DNA of 64,000 nt, taken from the NCBI GenBank assembly GCA_008125075.1, contig VLTH01000002.1, forward strand, positions 1,307,965 through 1,371,964, given 5' to 3'. Every line of letters begins with the position of its first letter. Position 1 is the stretch's first letter. The notes below the pieces were generated by a model that saw nothing but the letters and a program-made list of their open reading frames with translations, was not told where the DNA came from and searched no databases. The DNA comes from Acetivibrio alkalicellulosi. GTDB taxonomy: Bacteria > Bacillota > Clostridia > Acetivibrionales > Acetivibrionaceae. Below are positions 1 to 12,000 of this stretch, piece after piece. The position numbers and the translations under genes were made by a program.

Positions 1-3000
1 CACCTATTTTTATTTCAACTTCTTTCTGGCCTCTGCTAGTTAGTCTTGTTGCAAAAAACTCTACAACTCCACTTTCTACTGAAGTTCCCTTGTTTTCAAC
101 TGCTGCTCTTACACGAGTAAGTTCACCTTCATTTGGATGTACACCAATATCATAATATGCATATTTAGACTCTGTTTGTAAAGTATGAGGATCAATATCA
201 TAATAAATTCTGGCATATTCAAGCTTCTCTATTACAGAACCCATACTAAAGTCTATAGAATAACTTGCAGGGTAATAATACCTCTCTTGATTATTTAAAT
301 ATCCTTCAGGCTTTACCTGTGACATTGGTGTTTCATCTACTATGTAAATATATCCATTATTTTTCCACACATTATTTCTACTTAAACTAACCTCTTCTTC
401 ACCATCAACAATCCTTGTTACAGAGCGTATTGGAGTATCTGGCAAAGGATCTTTAAGCATTAAAACCTGATACCTTGGCATTTCTGGTTTATTTGGATCT
501 TCCTCTAGAGCTGGAACACTAAATTCTAATGTAGTTTCATTTTCACCATCTGGCTGTTTTTCAACCTTCAGACTTTGAGGCACATAAATCGGAAGCCTCA
601 TTCCAGTGTTTAAATTAATCAGATAATTTGGAAATCCTGTCTCCCCTACGTCAACAAGGCTCAAAACACCATCATCCCCACTGTCGTCTAAGAATAGATT
701 GTCTTTACCTATTATTTCAGTTGATATCCCAACTATTAAAGGATTTAATTGCACTCCCTTGTAGTCTCGGTGAGTAAGTGTTGCTCTAAAGTCACGGAAC
801 TCTCCTTCAAAAGGCTCTGCTCCCTCTTCTTCCTCATACATATCCCATCTTACTAGCCAGTATCCACTTGTACGCTGACCAGGCTCTATATTACCTAAAT
901 TAAGCCTGAATCTGTTGCCTGTATTGCTTCCAAAGGATGTCTCCAATATATTAAATTCAGTTAATAATCCCGGCTGATTTGCTGAAATACTAAGCTGTCC
1001 TGAATCTATAACAAGATTTTTTGCCTCTCCATATCCCATATTTTCAGCAACCACTCCAAGCCTGAAAGGTTGACCGGATTGAACTTTTCCTGGTATATAG
1101 TAGTTTAGCTTAATCTTTGGCTGTGGATATATTGTTATCTCCTCAGGCTGAGTCTGAGTCTCTACATAACGTCCATTTACATAGTAAGACACTATTGCTC
1201 GGGCAAGATAAACCTTACCTTCAGCCTCTTGACCTCCTAAGCCTTCACCAGGTATTAGCTGCCAAGTAGCAGTCATATTATCACCTGCTGACAGGGAATC
1301 TGCCCCATCAAGAGAAGATATCCCCGTTATCCCTGTAGGTATAATAAAGTTTTGACCTGTTACATCATTTCCCTCTTCATCAGTTATAGTAACTCTTACC
1401 TCAAGATTATCCAGAGAATTATCAGGATAACCGTTTGATACCATTAAAGTAGCATCAAATGCCTGTCTCTCAAGAGTAGCTGTCTGACCAAGTTTAAGGC
1501 TTACTATCTGATAATCTCCCCCACTACTTCCGCTATTATCTTTTCTGTCTCTAATGGGGTGAAAATAGTCATACTCAAATAAATCACCCTCTGGTATATT
1601 TACTTCTATTTCTTCCTCAGTATCTTTTATCTTTAAAACAGCAGTTCTCTCACCAGGATTATACATTGGTAGAGCTCCCATAACTTCTTTTGGCGGATAC
1701 TCAGGAAGTCCTGTATCAGAATCAAAGCTTACATATTTACCCTGTAGTATTATTGCATTATAAGGCAAACCTATATCTCTGTTAATGCCACTTTTTAAAT
1801 TGTAATAACCTGGTTGTATCATGATGCTTATTCTGGCACTTCCATGGGCTGGAATTTCACCTATATAACCTCCACCAACGATGCTTATTCCCATATCTGA
1901 AAGGTTTTCTCTAAGCACTGAAGCTGTAACATCTGTAATTGCAACAAGTCCTGTATTAATCACTTGTGCCTCAACAATTACAGTTTCATTTATCTGTTTT
2001 GCTACAGTTACCCATGGTGGTACAAATCCAAATTTCGGACGTGGAATATTTGTACCAAAGGTTAACTCCAACTCAATGTCATATTTGTCTTCGATTGTAG
2101 TAGGTACAACAGTCCATTCTATTGTAACAGGCTGTACTTCCATTATAACTTCAACTAAGGCAGCATCTCTCATAGGCATTACCTGTGCAGTACCATCTAC
2201 TCTGTTTCTACCTCGTGCTCTTATTGTATAGTCGTATTCTCCCAAAGGTGTGTTATCAAATGTAACTATTCCATTACTATTAGTTCTTCCATAATAGTTT
2301 TCATAATAGGTTACTTCTTGTCCCCTTATAACCTGTATATATGGCTCTTTCCCAACAATAGTAACTTCAGCATTTTCCACCCTTTCACCTGTTTCATCAC
2401 TTACAACAAATGATAATGATCCTCTGTTTGCACTTGAAACTTCTACACCCACAGCAACCGTGGTACTATATTTTCCATCAGTTACAACTATATTATCCTG
2501 ATATTGTCCTAACGAAGTGCCCTCTGGTGGATTTATTAAAATATCAAAGCTGGTTGACTCTCCTGGTGCTAAGTTAGTCTTTTCTAGATTAACACCTCTT
2601 ATCCAAGGTAAATCTTTAGGAGATTCTAGCCTTATGTTATCCATCCTTCCAAGACCTTTATTAGTAAGGGTAATTCTTTTTACAGCATTACCACCTGGAT
2701 TCACACCTACTTTTACTCCTTTTTGCTCAGTCACCGGCATTGGTACTGCAGGTCTTAAATGAAGCTTAATATTAGATGTATACGTTGCTCCCTGAGCACT
2801 GCTAAATATCACCTGATACTCTGCTATGTCCTCACAGTCTAGAGGTGCATTGAAGTTTAGCATTACCCCACTTTTTCCTCCTGATGTAATAACAGATGAA
2901 AGTGAAGATGTATCCATTACAGCCCTCACTCCACTTTCAGGAGTAAGATTTACCAGAACTGCACTGACTCCTGTCAGGCTATGCCCTGCATGTGCCATAT

Positions 3001-6000
3001 TTTCAACAGATATAAACCTTGAAAAACTTGAATTTTTAGAGGAAACAATTGATAAATTGGATGGTGATGCCTTCATTCCCCACACAGTAAAGTCTGTAAC
3101 AGCAACGTTTCCAACACCCATTTCATATGCAAATGCATGTACATTCCATTTTCCTGCACCTAAAGTGGTAGGAAGAAAATCCATCTCAAAGTATCCATTT
3201 TCATCTGTATTCACAAAACGAATAGTTTCAGCATGCCATATTTTCATAATCTGCTTTCCATTTATAATTGCCGGAACAGGAAATGGAAGCCTTGGCTCTA
3301 GGAATAAATTTAACACTATCCTTTCATTTGCAACAGGACTTCCATCCCTAAATCTGAACTGACCAGATATTCGAACTGTTTCCCCATGTTGGTAAGCTCT
3401 TTTATCTGTATTAACTGTTGCAACAGTCTCCTGCACCATCATAATATTACTTGAAAGAGTTATATTTTCTACTCCATCCCCTACTTCAACAGTTAATCTA
3501 TATCTACCTGATTCTAATGACATGACAGGAAGCTGTCCTTTAAAAGCACCTTCTGCAAAATCATATCCAATTTCACCATCCATAATAATTTGAGCATCTC
3601 TTCTTAATGTATAAAATGCACTTATACCATCATTTGGCCCTAGAACTCTTGAAAGATCACTTGCTTTTTTCACTATTGCCCTAATAGGTATAAAGTTATC
3701 TGTTGTTGAATATACATGTGCCATAAACTGTTCACTCTGATCATGTGGATCTGGGTTAACTTGTACAACTAATGCATCAGCAACATTAAAACTCTCTTGC
3801 CAACTTCGTCTAACTCCCTCTTTTATAGGTTGCTGAACTATCCTGTCTGCTTTGTCAACAACTATTTTGACATCTACATCTCCTGTTTTTTGAGGAATCC
3901 ATGTTAAGTCCACAATTGCAGTACTATGGCCTCTTAGCCCGGAAACTTGTTTTCTGGCTACCTGCTCTCCCTCTACATAAAGCCCAACATTAAATTGATC
4001 AAATATGGAGGTTACGCTCTGATTGCTTACCCTTGCAATAAATGTTACTGGTTCTCCATACTTTATTGACATAGGTGACCACTGCACATCAGAAATATGT
4101 AAGTCAGGATAAATCATTCTTAATTCGGGTACCTTTGCATCTACTCTGATTTCATCTTTATCTCCCGTAACAATTCCTAATGGATCAGCAATAACACTTA
4201 CCGAATGACTACCGGGCCTTGCTAACCATCTTGTCCATACTTCCCTTTCTTCTCCTGCACTAAGCCCATCTATGGTAATAGTTCTTATTCTTTCTCCATT
4301 TACTACAAAATCTACATCAAACTTGTTTATTATATCAATATCCCCTGTATTTCTTACAGTTGTTTCAAATGTCAGGGATGTACCATCTGTAAGTATTGTT
4401 TCTCGTGGCAACCAAGTTACACCAGATAGTTCAATTTGAGGATAAGTCACCCTAAACTCAGGTGTAACTACACTCATGATATTATTGTCTCTGTCAAGTT
4501 CTAATAATGAGGGATCTGGGTCGTCAACTTTAACAGTTACTTCATGTTTTCCATCTTCAGGTCTTACCACAAACATAATCTCTCTAGTTTGATCAACATC
4601 AAGTACATTTACATGCTGTTTTGCTACCCACTCACCATTTATATAAAGTGATACATAAAACCTTTCAGCTCTAGCTGTACCTATATTAGCTATAGCTGCT
4701 CTGTAACCAAAGTGGCTCTCACTGTCAATATCCACTTTATCTCCTGATGTCCATGTAATATCAACTACCTTTACATCTGGAAAATTAACCTGAGTGGTAG
4801 TTAATGGAATAGATTTTGAATTATTGCTCATATCTATTTCCTTTAGGTTGTCTAGTATATCGTTGGCTACAACTTTCACAACATGAACTCCTGGTTCTGC
4901 AATCCATGTAAAAGGTACTTGAACACTCTCCCCTGGCTCAATGCTTTCATCTACCCTTACATAACCTAAATACCTGTTGTTAATATAAAATCCTGTTAAG
5001 AACCCTTGCTTATTAGCTCCATTACCTATATTACCTATGTGTGCAGTAATTTTTACCTGATCTCCCTCATCAGGGCTAATTGGTTCCCATACAATATCAT
5101 TTACAATAAGATCTGGTCTATTGTCTAGAACTTTTACCGTTACAGCATCCTCAGATACTGCTCCATTGTTGTCTGTTACAGCAAGACTTATATTGTATTG
5201 TCCTGGAATCTGATATACATGAGTAATGATTGCACCACTTTTTATAGCACCATCACCTAAATCCCATGTGTATGATACTATTCTTCCATCAGTATCTGAA
5301 GATTCGCTTCCATCTAAAGAAAGCCTGTCTCCCGAATAAATCTGCTCACTTGTTTTGATATAAGCAGTTGGAGCTTTATTTAACCTTATTTCACTATAGA
5401 GTGTATTGTTATCTAGATCAATGTCCTCAGTTCCTGGTAATGTGTCAACTACCACCTTTATATTTACAGGACTCTCCAAGTTTTTATCTGGAATCCAGCT
5501 AATAGATGCCTCTGTAGAATTCATACTTCTTACTTCAACTATAGTACTTCCAATACTACTCCATTCATCATTATCCTGAATGTAAAAGCTCACATTACCA
5601 TGAGCCTTTGCATATGCAAGGTTTTTAATAAGTGCAGTAATTTCTCCTTCTCTTTCATAAGTAGGCAATCCTGGACTTGTACTTATTTGTGTAACTGTAA
5701 GATCACTTTTTGCTGAAGGAACACCTGAAACCTGGTTTGAGTTTTCACTCTCATTTCCTGCCATATCCACTGCTCTTACAACATAGTGATAAATCACTCC
5801 ATTCTCAAGTCCAGTATCTCTATAAACAAGGCCTTTTGTACTTTCAACTAATATAAAAGGTCCTCCACTTTCAGTTGCTCTATATAGTGCATATTTTTCC
5901 ACATCATCGCTTAAGCTTCTTTCCCATGAAAGATGAAGCTCTCCACCTGAATGAGAATCCATTACTGCAAGATTTGAAGGTGCTAATGGTATCTCTCTAT

Positions 6001-9000
6001 CAACAATATACCTTTTTATAAATGAAGTTTCATTATTTCCCTTATTTATAGCTGAGGCACGTACTGCATATGTTCCAGATGCTAGATGCGACACATCCCA
6101 TATATAAGATGAAATATAGTAGTTTTCTCCTATTCCCACTTGAGGTATGTCTCCATCCATAATAATTTCGAGAATATCCTCTAAATCCAGTGTTTCACCT
6201 TGCCTTGGTGAAATATCTTCACCTATAATATGCCATATTTCATCGCCAGTAATATTAGCATATGGAGATTCTCCAAGATAAGCATATTCATATATTAGAC
6301 TTACTCCAACTGGATCACTTATAATTGTTTCTAGTTCTAAAGTGCTGTTTGTTCTAAAAAATTCATAAGGCATCATATCAAGAATCAATGGATTAGAAGC
6401 TTGATGCAGTGATCTTATATCAATATGTTCACTTATGATTTCATCATTTGAATAGTCATAAGTACTCTCACTTTCTCTTCCTAAATCGTTAACTACTGCA
6501 ACCTTATAGAAGTATTCTATTTGAGGATCCTTCATTGTATCTATAAATACATTTGAAGTGGTGCGCTCAACTATCTTCTTCCATTCTCCGTCTCTTCCTT
6601 CTTTTCTATAGAGAACATAATAACGAAAATCAGGCCTTAGTACAGGGGACCAACTAACAACCATTTGCCATTCTCCAGCTTTTACATAGAGATACTCAGG
6701 TGGTAATGGAGGGTCATTTGTCAATGTATAAGTATGTACTTTTTCTGAATAATTTCCCGCCTCATCACTTACAACAACCCTAATCTGATATTCTCCATCT
6801 GAATAAATGTAATTCCCATCTGAATCTTTTGCAAGAGTATCCCATATAACTGTAACCTCCTGCTGTGTAGCATTATGTACTTCTCCTATAAGAGTCCACT
6901 CTTCCACATCAAGGGGTCTAAATTCAAACGAGTATAATGATACACCTTTATTGTCCCGTGCATAGGCAGATATTTCAACATTTCCTCTGATTGGAGAACC
7001 ACTTACAGGAGTAAATCTTATAATTTCAGGAGGAGTTACATCTCTTCCTGGAGTTACATTTACTATGTTTGAAGGCTCACTTTCACTTCCTAAAATATTA
7101 ACTGCCGTCACCTTATAATAACTTGCACTATCTAAAGGTGCCTTATAATCTGTATAAAAAGTACTTTGAGTTCTTGCTATTAATTCGAAACTTTCAAGCT
7201 CTTCACTGTGAATACTTCTATATATTCTAAAATGATCAAAGTTTTCAGGTATTTTTACCAACTCCCAATTAAGGGTAATACCAAGTTCAATAGGGCTCGC
7301 CTCAAGAACAGGCGTATCTGGAGGTATACTGTCAATTATGTATGATACTATAGCTTCACTGCTGTTATTTGATGTATCTGTCACCACTACTTTAACAAAG
7401 TATATGCCATCTTCAACATGTTGAGTATCCCAGTCTATTACTCCTGATGTTGTTACACCTATACTTATCCATAAGTCCTCTGTCAAATCTTTAGAGTATA
7501 AAAACTCTGTATTTTTAACTTTCACATTGTCTTTTGAAACAACATTTAACCTTACTATTTCTCCAATATAACTTCCATCCGCAGGTGTTATGCTAATTAT
7601 TTCAGGTGGTGTTGTATCAGGTAAAACAGTCACCGGCAGACTTATTATACCTTCACCCTCAACTCCAAAACTGTCTATCACTGTCACTTTATATGTATAA
7701 GTAGTTCCTTCTAAAAGGTTGGTGTCAGTATATGAAGTTGAAATCAACTGACTTATAAGTTGATATTCTTCACCATTTGCACTTTTGTAAATTCTATACC
7801 TATGGACATTTTCATCCACCTTAGACCACACAACATCAACCTTAAGTTCACCAGCAGTCACAAATATTTCTTCAGGAGTGCCTGGAATTTTAATATCTGC
7901 ACTTAAAGGTTGACTCTCTTCACTTTCATTACCTGCCTTATCATATGCTGTAACAGTATATGTATATATATTATCAGTACTAACATCTTCATCAGTATAT
8001 CTGTTTATATTAGATGATCCAATCTTTTCACCATCACGGTAAACATTATAACCTTCAACTCTTACATTATCAGTTGAGTTGTTCCATATAAGGGTAATAG
8101 ATGATTGAGTTTTTGAATTAATTCTCAAGTTTCCAGGAATAGTGGGGGGCTCAGTATCAACAGCTGCCGTTACAGTTATGCTCTCACTTTCACCCGAACG
8201 ATTTCCAGCAACATCATATGCCTCAACCGTATAAACATATGTTTCATCTGGTGTTAATCCTGTATCAGTAAAGCTTGTTTGAGTTATATTTCTAATAAAG
8301 GAACCATTTCTGTATACTCTATATCCTGATACGCCTATGTTATCAGAAGATGCTGTCCATTGTATTGTAACTGAAGTAGGTGTAACTGAAACAACTTCAA
8401 CATCTTGTGGTACTGTTGGAGGTTCATTATCATATGTTACACTACTACTTATATCAGATACATTACCTGATGCATCATAGGCTTTAACTGTATATACATA
8501 TGTTCCTGGTTGTAAGTGGCTATCTGTGTATCTGGTATTTGTTGTATCTGCTATGTGAGTATCGTTTCGCAATACTTTGTATCCTGCAACTGCAGCATTG
8601 TCTGTTGAAGCAGACCAAGACAAAGATACAGAGGTATCTGTTCTTGAGCTTATACTTAAATTTCGTGGAATTGTAGGTGGTTCATCATCAACATCAGTAG
8701 TAGCACTTATAGCTTCACTGTCATCAGAAAAGTTTCTTGAAGGATCATATGCCCTTACTGTATATGTGTATTGAGTGTTTGGTGTAAGCCCCTGATCAAT
8801 ATACCTAAGAGTCCTTGTATTACCCACTCTTATACCATTTCTATATATGTCATAGCCTTCTACCTGAACATTGTCAGTAGATTCATCCCATTCTATAGTA
8901 ATTGTAGTCAATGTCTTTCCTGTTACCCTTATATTCTCAGGTACTGTAGGCGGCTGGTGGTCTGCCACATCTTCAATTAATGTATTCCAAACAGGTATTG

Positions 9001-12000
9001 AATTAAATGAGTATCCTCCTCCATCTAAAGGCTTTGTTATTACAAGTTCATTAAATCCAGAGTCGGATGGATTTTGAAATGAAACCCATTGTAGCTGGGA
9101 ACCACTTAAAATTGATCTGTGGCTTTGTGTTGCCCTAAAATTAACTATACTTGAGTTAGTAAATGTATTTCTAATTTGTGTAAAATTCCCCCTTACCTCT
9201 AAAATCCCCGATGTAAGATATCCATTGTGATTATAACGGCTTTGAGTTACAAATTGTCCTATGATCCTTACATAATCGTTTTCATTATTCATCCTGATAT
9301 ATCCATTACTATTTCCATATGAAAAACTTCCATCGGTCTGATAATTTTTGCTTTGTATTCTATAATCACCGTCTACAAAAAGCTGGCCTCCATTTATATT
9401 TATAGTTCCTCCTGCTTGTATAAGGTTGCCACCTACTGTAAGATTATACTTGTTTAAATTAAGAGTTCCACCATGAACATAAAGGCTACCTTTAATTTCT
9501 ATATCATTTTGCAAGGTACGGTTCTCTTCAATACTTATATCATAGGGCCAAACATGCCAGTTTACCTTAGCATTTGCCCCAAGAAATAAATATTCTCCTC
9601 CCTGCACAGGAGATAATGTTTCCATTATTTCTCCTGTCACCACAGTTTTAGAAGTAAACCTTACTCCATTTTGTGAAGTATTTTTAATTTCTAAAATATT
9701 AATAGTTGAATTTGAACTTGCAGAACTTTCAAAACTTATTCTTTGAAGTGAATCTCCATTAAGTACCACCTTGTGATTATCTGTAGATCTAAAGTTGTTT
9801 TGTGCACTGTGAATTTTTTGAATAAAGTCTCCTGCAACTTCTAATATACCTTCTTTAAGATAATCTAGATGACTATATTGGCTTTGGGTTACAAAATCTC
9901 CTTCAACCCTTACAACATCATCTTCATGTGTCATCTTTAAGTATCCATTACTGTAAATATATATTTTTTCATCATTTGTTGGAATCTCAGTCTGAATTTT
10001 ATAATCACCCTTAACAATTAGCTGACCTCCATTTATGTCCATGACACCACCAGACTGTATTAAATCTCCATGAACAGTTAAAACATATCCATCTAAGTCA
10101 AGTACTCCTGCTCCAAGATACAAATTACCATCATAATCTTGGTCACTTAAAAGCTTCCATCCTGTTAACTGTTCTTCTCCAGGGAATTTTATCTTACATC
10201 CATTATCTATAAATGTACTTGCATTTAACGCCTGATTAAATTCTATGCCTTCCTCTGAATAATTTTGTATTTCAAGTATGTTAAACCTAGATTGCGGAGT
10301 TTGTATAGTTACCGTTTGTAAACTTTCACCACTTAGTATTGTCCTGTGGCTTCCTGAAGCAATAAATTCGTCTCTATTCCATCTATGCGTTCTCTGTACA
10401 AAGTCTCCCTTCACTTCTAAAACACCAGCAGTTATCCTATTATTGTTTACAAAATATGACTGAGTAATAAAATTTCCTTCAACACATATATAACCGTCTG
10501 CCTTGTCCATAAATAAGTATGCATAATCTGCGTCTCCATAAGTTATATCACCCTGATTGTTTACATTTTCTGTCTGTATCCGGTAATCTCCTTTTACAAT
10601 AAGCTCTCCACCATTTATATTCAAAGTTCCTCTTGAATGTATTAGATTGCCTTTTATAGTCAGTTTTTTCTCGTTTAAATTAAATGTTCCGTTACGTATG
10701 TAAAAATTCCCTTCTATCGCCATATCATTTTGCATGGTGCGATTATCCTCTATACTCAAATCATATGGCCATATCTCCCAATTTACCTCTGCATTTACTC
10801 CCAGGTATAAATTCTTTCCTCCTGTAATAGGGGTTGATGTTTCTTTTATTTCTCCATTTACTACTACCTTTGATGTAAACTCTATTCCGCCTTCGGAGGT
10901 GTTTGTAATTTCAAGTATGTTTATAACTGAATTTGAACTAACAGAATTCTGAAAATTTACTTTTTGCATATTTTCTCCGCTTAATACCACCTTGTGATTA
11001 CTAGTAGGCCTAAAATTATTCTGTGCACTATGGATTCTATGGGTAAAGTCTCCTAAAACCTCCAACACACCTTCTGTAAGATAACTATTATGACTATGTT
11101 GACTGTGGGTTATAAAGTCTCCTTCTACTTTTACATATGCACCTTCTTCTGTCATTTTTAAATACCCATTACTATGTATGTAACTTTTATTTCCCTCTAC
11201 ATCTTCTATTTCTGTCTGAAGTCTGTAATCTCCTTCTATGTGAAGCTTTCCTCCATTTACATCCACTGTTCCTCCAGACTGTATTAAGTTACCATTTATT
11301 ATTAGTTGGTATCCATTTAAGTCTAGTACTCCTCCTCCAAGGTAAAGATCTCCATTATATACTTGATCACCTGTCAAACTCCATCCAACAATTTCTGAAC
11401 GAGGAAATATCACTATACACCCATTGTCTATAAAGACATTTGCATTTAGCGATTGAACAAATTCTACTCCTTCATCTGAATAATTTTTTATTTCAAGTAT
11501 GTTAAATCTGGATATTTGCGTTTCTAAACTGACTGTTTGCAAACCATTTCCACTTATTATAGTCCTGTGACTTCCAGTAGCAGTAAAATCATCTCTACCC
11601 CATCTATGTGTCAATTGGACAAAATCTCCTTTTACTTCTAGTATCCCCCCAGTTATCCTATTATTATTTGTATAACATGCCTGCATTATAAAATTTCCTT
11701 CAACACATATGTAGTCATCTACATTATCCATAATTAAATATGCATATTCTGCACCTACATAAGTTATATCTCCCTGATTATTTGTATTTTCTCTCTGGGT
11801 TCGGAAGTCTCCATTTACAATTAGTTCTCCACCATTTATGCTCAAAGTTCCTCTTGCGTGTATCAAGTTTCCTTCCACTATCAGCTTGTAGCCATTTAAA
11901 TTAAGTGATCCATTATCAATATATAAATCTCCAAAAACTGTGTCTTCAAATAAAGCAGTTGGAGAATTAATTACTGTTTTTTCCCTTGGTGTAGTAACAT

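Noticed and set aside
1881-11433. Many plus-strand ORFs of 60-180 aa (for example 1881-2231, 2826-3362, 8577-9077, 10278-11433) listed in the six-frame track.
   Set aside because: They all lie antisense inside the continuous 12.8-kb minus-strand giant gene. They have no RBS, and their translations are low-complexity mirror images of the repeat DNA. They are spurious.
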